NCBI GenBank assembly: GCA_944332715.1
Contig: CALVKN010000068.1
Span: forward strand, 11,572-75,571
Direction: 5' to 3'
Length of the DNA stretch: 64,000 bases
DNA from: an uncultured Bacilli bacterium
Lineage (GTDB): Bacteria; Bacillota_I; Bacilli_A; RF39; UBA660
Position numbers and translations under genes: made by a program. The notes below the pieces were generated by a model that worked only from the letters and a program-made list of their open reading frames with translations, did no database searches and was not told the DNA's origin. Shown piece by piece: positions 8,780-17,214 of the stretch (positions within the stretch are counted from its first letter, which is position 1; each line of letters begins with the position of its first letter).

Positions 8780-10060
8780 TCAATCCTCGTCAAAACGGAT
8801 GGTCACGCTGCGCGCATGCGCCTGCAGGCCCTCGGCCTCGGCAAAGGCGCGCACGTCGTCGCGCGCGCGCCGCAGCGCGTCCTCCGTGTAATACAGAAAC
8901 TGGGTCTTTTTTACAAAATCGTCCACCGACAGCGGCGACGAAAAGCGCGCCGAGCCGCCGGTCGGCAGCACGTGGTTGGGGCCGGCAAAATAGTCGCCGA
9001 GCGCCTCGGGCGTGTGGTGGCCGAGGAACACGCTGCCCGCGTTTTTCACGCGCGGCAGCAGCGCGAACGGGTCGCGCACCATGAGCTCCAGGTGCTCCGG
9101 CGCAATGCGGTTGGCCGCGTCGAGCGCCTCGTCCAGGTTGCGCGCGACGATCAGCTTGCCGCGCCCGTCGATCGACGCGCGGCAGATGTCGCGCCGGGGC
9201 AGCAGCGGCAGCTGCCGTTCGAGCTCGGCCTCGACCGCGTCGGCCAGCGCCGGACAGTCGGTCACGAGCACCGCGCTGGCCAGCCGGTCGTGCTCCGCCT
9301 GCGAGAGCAGGTCGGCCGCGGCGAGCGCGGGGTCGGCGCTGTCGTCCGCGAGCACGAGGATCTCCGAAGGGCCGGCGACCATGTCGATGCTCACCTGCCC
9401 GAACACGAGCTTCTTGGCCGTGGCCACGTACAGGTTGCCGGGGCCGGTGATCTTGTCCACGCGCGGCACCTGCTCCGTGCCGAACGCCATCGCGGCGACG
9501 GCCTGCGCGCCGCCGGCCTTGACGATGCGCGTCACGCCCGAGAGCCGCGCCGCGGCCAGGATCAGCGGGGAGACGCTGCCGTCGCGCCGCGGCGGCGTGG
9601 CGATCAGGATTTCCGACACGCCGGCGAGCCTGGCCGGGATGGCGTTCATGAGCACGCTCGACGGGTAGCTGGCCGTGCCGCCCGGCACATACAGCCCCAC
9701 GCGCGCGATGGGCGTGAACCGCTGGCCGAGCACCACGCCGTCCTCTTCGAGCAGCACGGTGTCCTGCCGAACCTGGCGGCGGTGGAACGCCTCGATGCGC
9801 GCCGCGGCGCGCTCCATCGTACCGAGCAGCGCCGGGCCCACCGCGTCCATCGCGGCGTCCAGCTCCCGCTCCGTGACCAGCAGCGGGTCGGGGCGCACGC
9901 CGTCGAAGCGCTCCGTATAGTCCAGCAGCGCGCGGTCGCCGCCGGTGCGCACCGCCTCCAGAATCTCTGCGACGGCCGCCTCCGCGCCGGTGAGCATGGC
10001 GGCCTCGCGGCTCAAAATCTCGTCCAGTCCGATGGATTGCAGGTCATAGCGGCGAATCAT
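8780..10060 (-). CDS. hisD: Histidinol dehydrogenase
   Basis: ...GPGNLYVATAKK...SQAEHD...HLEL...GDYFAGPNHVLPTGG HisD motifs. ATG at 10060; ATGA overlap with the hisG stop. Confidence 0.92.
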   Translation of the reverse strand: MIRRYDLQSIGLDEILSREAAMLTGAEAAVAEILEAVRTGGDRALLDYTERFDGVRPDPLLVTERELDAAMDAVGPALLGTMERAAARIEAFHRRQVRQDTVLLEEDGVVLGQRFTPIARVGLYVPGGTASYPSSVLMNAIPARLAGVSEILIATPPRRDGSVSPLILAAARLSGVTRIVKAGGAQAVAAMAFGTEQVPRVDKITGPGNLYVATAKKLVFGQVSIDMVAGPSEILVLADDSADPALAAADLLSQAEHDRLASAVLVTDCPALADAVEAELERQLPLLPRRDICRASIDGRGKLIVARNLDEALDAANRIAPEHLELMVRDPFALLPRVKNAGSVFLGHHTPEALGDYFAGPNHVLPTGGSARFSSPLSVDDFVKKTQFLYYTEDALRRARDDVRAFAEAEGLQAHARSVTIRFDED

Positions 10061-10680
10061 GCGCGGCACACCTCCGAAAGTTTTCCCGTCAGCGCCTTGA
10101 GCTCCGCCTCGTGGAAGCGGTAGCTGGCGCGCCCGGCGATCAGGCGCGCGCTGATGTCCATGATGCTCGACACGACCGACAGGTCGTTTTCCCGGAGCGT
10201 CGTGCCCGTCTCCACGATGTCCACGATCACGTCCGACAGGCCGAGCAGCGGCGCCAGCTCGATCGAGCCGTGCAGCTCGATGATCTCGATCTCGCGCCCC
10301 TCGCGCTGAAAGTGCGCGCGCGCGATGTTCGGGTATTTCGTCGCCACGCGCAGCGGGCCGACGCCCGGGTCCGAAAACCCGTTTTTGGCCGCGATGGCCA
10401 TGCGGCACCTGCCCACGCCGAGATCCAGCAGCTCGTAGACCTCCGCGCGCGACTCGAGGATGGTGTCCTTGCCGGCCACGCCGAGGTCGGCCGCGCCGCG
10501 CGCGACATACGTGACCACGTCCGTGGGCTTGACGAGAAAGTACCGCACGCCGGCGTCCGGGTTTTCAAACACGAGCTTGCGGCTGTCGTCCGCCACGCCG
10601 TCGCAGCAGTAGCCGACCTGCTCCAGCAGCCCGTAGACGCACCGGCCGAGCCGGCCCTTGGGCAGCGCGATGTTCAGCAT
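10057..10680 (-). CDS. hisG: ATP phosphoribosyltransferase, short form (needs HisZ)
   Basis: MLNIALPKGRL...ELHGSIELAPLLGLSDVIVDIVETGTTLREN HisG-short motifs, about 207 aa. Confidence 0.92.
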   Translation of the reverse strand: MLNIALPKGRLGRCVYGLLEQVGYCCDGVADDSRKLVFENPDAGVRYFLVKPTDVVTYVARGAADLGVAGKDTILESRAEVYELLDLGVGRCRMAIAAKNGFSDPGVGPLRVATKYPNIARAHFQREGREIEIIELHGSIELAPLLGLSDVIVDIVETGTTLRENDLSVVSSIMDISARLIAGRASYRFHEAELKALTGKLSEVCRA

Positions 10681-11777
10681 GAGGCCCCCTCCTTTCTAAG
10701 ATCGACCGTGCGGGCAAAGCGGCCCCCGGCCGGCGCCTCGGTCAGCGCCGTCACGCGCTCGCCCGCGGCGACGCGCGCCTCGACCGCCGCGCGCACGCGC
10801 TCGGGCGGCATGGCCGGGTCGTAGAGCAGCAGCGTGCCGCCGTCGTCCGCCGCCGGGGCGGGCAGGCAGCGCGCCAGCTCGCCGAGGTACAGCGCAAAGC
10901 CGATGGCGCGCATGGCGCCCTTGCCCATGCGCTCGAGCAGGTTGTCGTATTCGCCGCCGCGCAGCACCGGCACCGGCGCGCCCTGCACATAGCCGCGGAA
11001 CGCCACGCCGTTGTAATACGCCGTGTCGGACACGATGGAAAAGTCCAGCCGCACGCGGTCGCTGCACAGCGCGTCGCACAGCCGCTCGAGCGCGTCCGCC
11101 GCGCGGCGCATGCGGCCGCCCTGCGCCGCCCGGCGCGCCGCGGACAGCGCCTCCGGCACGGTGCCGGGCGCGGTGATGAGCGTGAGCAGCCGGTCCACGT
11201 CCGCGCTGCCGAGGCCCGCCCGCTCTGCGGTGGGCAGCAGGTCGTGCGCGTTCTTCTGCTTGACGCAGGCGAGGATCGCCTCGCGCGCGCCGTGCGGCAG
11301 CGACAGGCCGTCCAGCAGCGCGGAGAGCAGGTCGAGGTGCGACAGCTCGAGCGCGAAGTCCAGCCCCGTCTCCCGGAGGCTCTTTTCCGCGAGCGACACG
11401 ACCTCCGCCACGGCATATTCCGTCACGCAGCCGATGCACTCGAGCCCCATCTGCGACAGCTCGCGGAAGCCCCCCGCCTGCGCCGAGGCGCGGAACACGT
11501 TTTCGGCGTAGTACAGCCGCTGCAGCTGCGTGTTGTCGACCGGCACGCTGCGCACGATGGACAGCGTCACGTCCGGCTTGAGCGCCAGGAGCCGCCCGTC
11601 CAGGTCGGAAAAGACGGCGATCTCCGGCTGCTCGAGAAAATTGCGGTTTTCGATGTAAAACGCGTATTCCTCCATGTGCGTCATGGAGAAGGCGGCGTAG
11701 CCGTACTGCTCGTACAGGCGGCGCAGCGCGAGCGTCAGCGTTTCGAGCGGGCGCAGCGCGGGCAGGGCAGGCTGCAT
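10674..11777 (-). CDS. hisZ: ATP phosphoribosyltransferase regulatory subunit (HisRS paralog)
   Basis: Class-II aaRS-like HisZ. ATG at 11777 with AGGAGG at -8; first gene of the his operon. Confidence 0.85.
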   Translation of the reverse strand: MQPALPALRPLETLTLALRRLYEQYGYAAFSMTHMEEYAFYIENRNFLEQPEIAVFSDLDGRLLALKPDVTLSIVRSVPVDNTQLQRLYYAENVFRASAQAGGFRELSQMGLECIGCVTEYAVAEVVSLAEKSLRETGLDFALELSHLDLLSALLDGLSLPHGAREAILACVKQKNAHDLLPTAERAGLGSADVDRLLTLITAPGTVPEALSAARRAAQGGRMRRAADALERLCDALCSDRVRLDFSIVSDTAYYNGVAFRGYVQGAPVPVLRGGEYDNLLERMGKGAMRAIGFALYLGELARCLPAPAADDGGTLLLYDPAMPPERVRAAVEARVAAGERVTALTEAPAGGRFARTVDLRKEGASC

Positions 11778-11892
11778 GGCGGGTCCTCCTGTTCTGTGCG
11801 CCGGGCGTGCCCGGCGGGGATAGTTCAGCATAGCACGGCGGGCGGCGTTTGTCAATACGCTGCCGCGTTATCGCGCTAAAGCACGGAAGGGG

Positions 11893-11968
11893 GTGGCGGT
11901 TCAGCGGAAGTAGAGGTTTAGCGGAAAGCGGCGGTTCAGGGAAAGCGGTGGTTGCGGCGATGCGGGTC
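11893..11968. repeat. Four imperfect direct repeats of about 17-18 nt (GGTTCAGCGGAAG-like) in the his-operon leader, upstream of hisZ
   Basis: On the plus strand: GGCGGTTCAGCGGAAGTAGA / GGTTTAGCGGAAAGCGGC / GGTTCAGGGAAAGCGGT / GGTTGCGGCGATGCGGG, about 90-170 nt upstream of the hisZ start (which is on the minus strand). Confidence 0.5.
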
Positions 11969-12093
11969 GCCCGGAAGGGCAAGACGGGAAAAACCGCGCA
12001 TGCGGGCGCCGGGGGCCACGCGGCCAGCCGGCCGCGCAGGGGAGGCGTGCCGCCGGGGACAAGCCCGCCGCAGGCCGCGCAGGGGGAGCCGCT

Positions 12094-13296
12094 TTAGTGG
12101 TGGAACAGCCGGAGGCCGGTGAACGCCATGGCGATGCCGTGCCGGTCGCACGCGGCGATGACCTCCTCGTCCCGCACGGAGCCGCCCGGCTCGGCGATGT
12201 AGGACACGCCGCTTCGCGCCGCGCGCTCGATGTTGTCGGCAAACGGGAAGAACGCGTCGCTGCCGAGCGCCACGCCCGTTACCCCGCCGAGCCACGCGCG
12301 CCGCTCGTCCGCCGTCAGCGGTTCCGGGCGCGCGGAGAACAGCGCCTGCCATGCGCCGTCGGCGAGGACCGCTTCCGGCTCCGCGCCGAGATACTGGTCC
12401 ACCGCGTTGTCGCGCGCGGGGCGGCCAATGCCGGGCAAAAACGGGAGCTCCAGCACCTTCGGGTGCCGCCGCAGGTGCCACAGGTCGGCCTTGTCGCCGG
12501 CCAGGCGCGTGCAGTGGATGCGGGACTGCTGCCCGGCGCCCACGCCGATGGCCTGCCCGCCCGCGGCAAAGCACACGGAGTTCGACTGCGTGTAGCGCAG
12601 CGTGACGAGCGCCACGAGCAGGTCGCGCACGGCCGTCTCCGGCAGGTCGCGGCGGGCGGTCACGACGTTTTCGAGGCACGCGGGGTCGATCGGCTGCGCG
12701 CTGCGCGCCTGGGTGAACGTCACGCCGAACACCTCGCGCCGTTCGAGAGAAGGCGGCGCATAGTCCGGGTCGATCTCCAAAATGGTGTAGTTGCCGCCGC
12801 GCTTCTGGGTCAGCAGCGCGAGCGCCTCCGGCGTGTAGCCGGGGGCGATGATGCCGTCGGACACCTCGCGGCGCAAAAAGGCCGCCGTGCTCTCGTCGCA
12901 CACGTCGGACAGCGCGGCAAAGTCGCCAAAGCTGCTCATGCGGTCGGCCCCGCGCGCGCGGATGTAGGCGCAGGCGATGGGCGAAGGCGCGCCGATCCCC
13001 TCGGCGCGCAGCGCGCGCACGTCCGTCTCGTCGAGCGGCAGGCCGAGCGCCGCGCCGGCGGGGCTCACGTGCTTGAACGACGCGGCGGCCGGCAGGCCGC
13101 ACGCGCGCTTCAGCTCCCGCACGAGCTGCCAGGCGTTCAGCGCGTCGAGCAGGTTGATGTAGCCCGGCCGCCCGTTCCGCACGCGGAAGGGTAGCCCGCC
13201 GGGCGCGCTGACGCTCGCCGGGCGCTGATCCGGGTTGCAGCCGTATTTGAGGGGCAGTTCCTCGATGGGGGTCGGGTTGGCGGTTGGTTCCAGCAT
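12094..13296 (-). CDS. purH: Stand-alone AICAR transformylase (PurH C-terminal formyltransferase-domain homolog, no IMP cyclohydrolase domain)
   Basis: About 400 aa, consistent with the AICARFT domain only. It is adjacent to a PurO-like gene. ATG at 13296 with a GGAG Shine-Dalgarno. Confidence 0.75.
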   Translation of the reverse strand: MLEPTANPTPIEELPLKYGCNPDQRPASVSAPGGLPFRVRNGRPGYINLLDALNAWQLVRELKRACGLPAAASFKHVSPAGAALGLPLDETDVRALRAEGIGAPSPIACAYIRARGADRMSSFGDFAALSDVCDESTAAFLRREVSDGIIAPGYTPEALALLTQKRGGNYTILEIDPDYAPPSLERREVFGVTFTQARSAQPIDPACLENVVTARRDLPETAVRDLLVALVTLRYTQSNSVCFAAGGQAIGVGAGQQSRIHCTRLAGDKADLWHLRRHPKVLELPFLPGIGRPARDNAVDQYLGAEPEAVLADGAWQALFSARPEPLTADERRAWLGGVTGVALGSDAFFPFADNIERAARSGVSYIAEPGGSVRDEEVIAACDRHGIAMAFTGLRLFHH

Positions 13297-13345
13297 GGGG
13301 AGTCCTTTCTCCCGCCCCGATGGGCGGGCTGCCGGGGGGCGGACG

Positions 13346-14068
13346 TCAGGATGCTGCGTCCGGCGCCTCCAGGCGGTTGATCACGTGTTCGGTACGGGCG
13401 CCGGTGGCCAGGTCGATGGCGCAGGCATAGACCGCCACGCGGTTGCGCGCGTCCAGCGCCCGATAGAGCGCCTCGGCCAGCTGGCGCGCCGTCTCCGGCA
13501 GCGCGACGGCGCGCGGCGCGCCCGCAAACGGCGGCAGCGGGTCGCCGTCGCCGGCATAGGTGTGCAGCAGCCGGCCCTCGCCCGGCGCCGGTGCAAAGGC
13601 GGGGAAATACGCCCGCTCGCACGCGCCGCCTGCCGTCCGGCGCAGAATGGCCAGCCGGCACGACACGGCGCCGCCTGCCGTGCGCAGCAGGCCGGCAATG
13701 CGCGGCGTGCAGTGCGGCGCATCCGGCTCGTATTCGCGCGTGTCGAGCGCCGCCTCCAGGCTGGCGCCGCGCGCGAGGCAGGCCGCCACGGTGTCGGTGT
13801 GGTCGCCGTTGGTGACGATCAGGCCGTCCGGCAGGTAGCGCACCGGCGCGTACAGGATCAGCGACGGGTCGGTGACCCGCGCCGGATCGACCGCCTGCGT
13901 GCGCACGCCGTCCGGCACCCGCACGAGGATGCGGTTGCGGCTGTTTTCGCTGCGGCCCATGAGGAAATAGGCGGCGAGTGCGGCTTTTCCGCTCTCACTG
14001 CGGCCGAGCAGCACGCCGCGTCCCGGGTAGGGGTTGGCGCCGAGGAGCGCTTTGAGGGATGGCAGCAT
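13346..14068 (-). CDS. purO: IMP cyclohydrolase, archaeal PurO-like type
   Basis: GRGVLLGRSESGKAALAAYFLMGRSENSRNRIL, TNGDHTDT and CTPRIAGLL resemble the PurO (PF07826) core as I remember it. AGGGAGGAA Shine-Dalgarno upstream of the second ATG (14068). Confidence 0.65.
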   Translation of the reverse strand: MLPSLKALLGANPYPGRGVLLGRSESGKAALAAYFLMGRSENSRNRILVRVPDGVRTQAVDPARVTDPSLILYAPVRYLPDGLIVTNGDHTDTVAACLARGASLEAALDTREYEPDAPHCTPRIAGLLRTAGGAVSCRLAILRRTAGGACERAYFPAFAPAPGEGRLLHTYAGDGDPLPPFAGAPRAVALPETARQLAEALYRALDARNRVAVYACAIDLATGARTEHVINRLEAPDAAS

Positions 14069-14145
14069 AGGTTCCTCCCTTAAAATCATATATAATCTTA
14101 TCTTATCTTATTGTAGTGTGCCGTCCGCCCCGTGTCAACGGCCAA

Positions 14146-14185
14146 AAAGACGGTCGCAGCGCCAGGGGCGCTGCGACCGTTGCCC
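14146..14185 (-). terminator. Rho-independent terminator after the lipoprotein gene (minus strand)
   Basis: Hairpin GGTCGCAGCGCCCCTGGCGCTGCGACC followed by GTCTTTTT, reading on the minus strand. Confidence 0.65.
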
Positions 14186-14237
14186 GGCACCGTCCGACGC
14201 CGCTGCGCTGCCGCTCCCGCCGGGAACGGCAGCGCTT

Positions 14238-14699
14238 TTACGGCGTCGCGTCCGCCTCCGGTTCGTCAAAGGTGATGTACAGGGTCAGGCAGCCGGGCAC
14301 ATAGCTGACGCTCAGCCATTTTTCCCCGTCCGACAACAGGTTGCCGATGGACACATAGTCCTGCCCCGCAATTTGCTCCGATACCTCTTCGATCACGGAA
14401 AAGCCGGCCTGTTGCAGGCGTGAGAGATAGTCGACGCAGTCCGCCTCGCTCAAGCCGGTCAGGCTGACGCTGCAGTTCCCGCGCGCCGTGTCGAGCATGG
14501 CCCAGTCGACCGTGCCCGGCGGGACGGGGAGGCCCTCCGTGTATGCGTTGGCCGGCCACATCCCTTCGTCCAGCATTTCGATGGTTTCGGGCGGCCGGCC
14601 GCCTGCGCTCTCTCCGGCGTCGGACGGCCCGTCCTGTTGAGAACACGCGCCGGAACAGAGCAGCAGCAGCACGGCGGATACACAAAGAAACTTTTTCAT
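14238..14699 (-). CDS. Putative lipoprotein, function unknown
   Basis: MKKFLCVSAVLLLLCSGAC signal peptide with a lipobox-like cysteine. GGAGG at -7. ATGA overlap with the upstream gene's stop. Confidence 0.7.
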   Translation of the reverse strand: MKKFLCVSAVLLLLCSGACSQQDGPSDAGESAGGRPPETIEMLDEGMWPANAYTEGLPVPPGTVDWAMLDTARGNCSVSLTGLSEADCVDYLSRLQQAGFSVIEEVSEQIAGQDYVSIGNLLSDGEKWLSVSYVPGCLTLYITFDEPEADATP

Positions 14700-15160
14700 A
14701 TGTTACCTCCTTTTTTGCGGATCGTGCGGAGGATCAAAACGACGGCGATGCAGGCGGCGAGCACGCCGGCCGCCAGCGCAATGTGCGGGACGTCAGGGCC
14801 AAAGGTCCCCACAACCTGCAGGTTCGTCATGGCGTCCGCCTGCCCGATGGCGCCTTCCGGCGCCCAGCCGGGCCGCGCGCCCGCATAGAGCGCGAAAGCC
14901 GCCGCCGCGACGGCGAGCGCGGAACCGCCTGCGACAAGCCCCCTGCGCCTGGCCCGCGCCGCGCGATCGACGCCGAACTGCTCCGCGATGCTTTCGGCAA
15001 ATTCCTGCGGCGTCCCCAGCCGCTCGATCACCTGCCGCTCCGTCTCCCCGTGCTCCAGCGCGGAGGCAAACGCCTCGTCCAGGTCGCGCGCGACTTTCCG
15101 CCTGACGCTTGGCGACCAGTTGAGTTCCCGTTTCACCTGCCTGATATATTGCCGTTTCAT
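14696..15160 (-). CDS. DUF1700-family membrane protein, the usual partner of PadR regulators
   Basis: N-terminus MKRQYIRQVKRELNWSPSVRRKVARDLDEAF, a C-terminal transmembrane segment, and ATGA overlap with the padR stop. The track ORF extends upstream; I treat that extension as spurious. Confidence 0.7.
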   Translation of the reverse strand: MKRQYIRQVKRELNWSPSVRRKVARDLDEAFASALEHGETERQVIERLGTPQEFAESIAEQFGVDRAARARRRGLVAGGSALAVAAAAFALYAGARPGWAPEGAIGQADAMTNLQVVGTFGPDVPHIALAAGVLAACIAVVLILRTIRKKGGNI

Positions 15161-15516
15161 GTTGCTTCCTCCGTTTGCCGGTAGCCGGCGATAAAACCGT
15201 TGACGCATTGCGCATAGCCCGACCAGAACCCGATCAGCTCGTCGAGCGTCTCCTTGCCCCTGTCGGTCAGCGAATAGTACTTTTTCGAGCCGCCGTTTGC
15301 CCTGGCCGGAGCCAGCCGGCACCGGACGAGGCCGGCCTCCTCCAGCCGGTACAGGATGGGGTAAATCGTCCCCTCCTTTGCAGATCCCCACACGGCCGCG
15401 CTGGCGTTCAATGCGGTGAGGATCTCATAGCCGTACGTTTCCCTGCACCCGATCAGGCACAGGAGCACCATTTCCAGGGAACCTTTTTTAAACTGCTGCA
15501 CATATCTGCTGTCCAT
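15157..15516 (-). CDS. PadR-family transcriptional regulator
   Basis: Winged-HTH PadR motifs (GYEILTAL...GTIYPILYRLEEAGLV...KKYYSLTDRG). ATG at 15516 with a GAGG Shine-Dalgarno. Confidence 0.85.
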   Translation of the reverse strand: MDSRYVQQFKKGSLEMVLLCLIGCRETYGYEILTALNASAAVWGSAKEGTIYPILYRLEEAGLVRCRLAPARANGGSKKYYSLTDRGKETLDELIGFWSGYAQCVNGFIAGYRQTEEAT

Positions 15517-15738
15517 GCGCGCCGCCTCAAACAAAATCTACTACTTAGCAATACTAAGTAGTAGCTTGATTATATCGACAATGGGGTGCGCTGTCAAGAG
15601 GCGGTTCGGCGCCTGCGGGGCGCGGACGGTGGGCAGGGCGCCCTGCAAGCGGGAGGGTTGCCGCATCGCGGCGGGCGCGCGCCTGCCTGCCCGTCCGCTT
15701 CCGGCGCCGGCGCCGCAAGGGGGGGGCGCGCCGGAGCG

Positions 15739-16920
15739 TCAGGCGCGCCGCGCGCTCGCGCGGTAATCACGGGGCGTTTTGCCCATGTAGCGCTTGAAGG
15801 TCTTGCAAAAGTAGTTGGCGTCCGGCATGCCGCAGTGCATGCCCACGGCCTGCACCTGCAGGTCGGTAGAGGCGAGCAGAAAGGCGGCGCGGTCCATGCG
15901 GCGGCGCGTCACAAAATCGGTGAGCGTCGAGCCGGTCTCACGCCGGAACAGCAGCGACAGGTGGCCGGGGCTGATGTTCAGCCGCTGCGCGAGCGCGTGC
16001 AGGCTGAGGTCGGCCGTGAGGTCGGCGTCCATGTGCAGGATGGCGTCGCGCACCGGGGCGGAGCGGTACGGCATGGCGCGCGCGTTCACGAGCGCGCAGT
16101 AGTCCTTCACCATGGCGAGGAACAGCTGCCGCGACTGGCCGGCGGACTGCAGCGCCTCGATGCGGAAGGCGTACTGGCGCGACAGCCCGTCGATATAGAG
16201 CGGATGCACGCCGCCGGCCTCCACCGCCTTGCGCAGCAGCGTGTTCATGATGATGGCATAGTTTTTGAAGTTGCGCACCGGGTCGGACGCGCGGCTCTCG
16301 ATTGCGGTCTGCCCGGCCATGGCGATGAGCCCGGTGGCCTCCTGCGTCCGGCCGAGCGAAACGGCCTGCAGCAGCCGCCGCTCATAGGCGTACCGCTCCT
16401 CAAGCAGCCGCGCTTCAAACGGTTCGGTGGACGGCACGTCGGCAGGTTCCACCAGGGTGGAGGCGGAGAAGTTCGTGTGCTGCACGGAAAAGGCTTCCAC
16501 CCCACCAAAGAGCGTTTCGCCAAGCGTGGCGAGCAGGGCCTCCATGACCCCGTCGTGCAGCAGCGCCAGGCTGCAGTAGTAGCGCCGCAGCGCGGGCAGC
16601 AGGCGTGGCGGCAGGTGCAGCCGGTCGAGCAGGGGGATGATCGCCTCGTCTGTCATCTCTTCATGCAGGTACGGGCCGATCAGCAGCGCCTCTCCCGTGT
16701 CCGGCAGGAGCGTACAGATGTAGCGGCAGGAGAAGTCGTCGTCCGCCAGATAGATGGCGTTTGGCTGCAACGTGGAAAATGGCGGGAACGGCGGCAGCCC
16801 GGCCTGCCGGCGCAGGCCCAGATCGACCTCGGGCGGCGCGTCCGGGGGGAAGCGCAGCACCTGTACGTTGAGCCGGTCGAGCAGCCGCCGCAGAAACAGC
16901 AGTTCGGGTTCGGGGAGCAT
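15739..16920 (-). CDS. AraC-family transcriptional regulator (C-terminal HTH_AraC), divergent from the transporter-GH2 gene
   Basis: C-terminal region ...LSLHALAQRLNISPGHLSLLFRRETGSTLTDFVTRRRMDRAAFLL...YFCKTFKRYMGKTPRDYR is a typical AraC HTH. ATG at 16920 with AAAGGAGG at -7. Confidence 0.85.
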   Translation of the reverse strand: MLPEPELLFLRRLLDRLNVQVLRFPPDAPPEVDLGLRRQAGLPPFPPFSTLQPNAIYLADDDFSCRYICTLLPDTGEALLIGPYLHEEMTDEAIIPLLDRLHLPPRLLPALRRYYCSLALLHDGVMEALLATLGETLFGGVEAFSVQHTNFSASTLVEPADVPSTEPFEARLLEERYAYERRLLQAVSLGRTQEATGLIAMAGQTAIESRASDPVRNFKNYAIIMNTLLRKAVEAGGVHPLYIDGLSRQYAFRIEALQSAGQSRQLFLAMVKDYCALVNARAMPYRSAPVRDAILHMDADLTADLSLHALAQRLNISPGHLSLLFRRETGSTLTDFVTRRRMDRAAFLLASTDLQVQAVGMHCGMPDANYFCKTFKRYMGKTPRDYRASARRA

Positions 16921-17214
16921 GGAGGAGCCTCCTTTCCTGGCGTTGCGCGCGGCCGGCGGGCGGGTCGCGCGGGGGAAAGACATGAAAATTTTACGAATAA
17001 TGGAGAGAATTTTACTATCTGCTCCGGGAATATGTTGATTATACTGTATTTGTACCAATTCCGAAACCCCTGATTTTTTCGCAAACAAAGGCCGCGGGCG
17101 GCACGCCGCCCGTCACACAGGCAGTATGGACGGATTTTGCCCGGCCGCCGCGCCGGATACATAGACGACGACCAAAAGGACAACAACATATATAAAAAGG
17201 AGGAGTTTCCCAAC

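Noticed and set aside
11778-12093. Possible T-box riboswitch or His-codon leader-peptide attenuator in front of the his operon.
   Set aside because: I could not find the T-box consensus, a specifier-loop/antiterminator arrangement, or a run of His codons. Left as an open finding rather than called.
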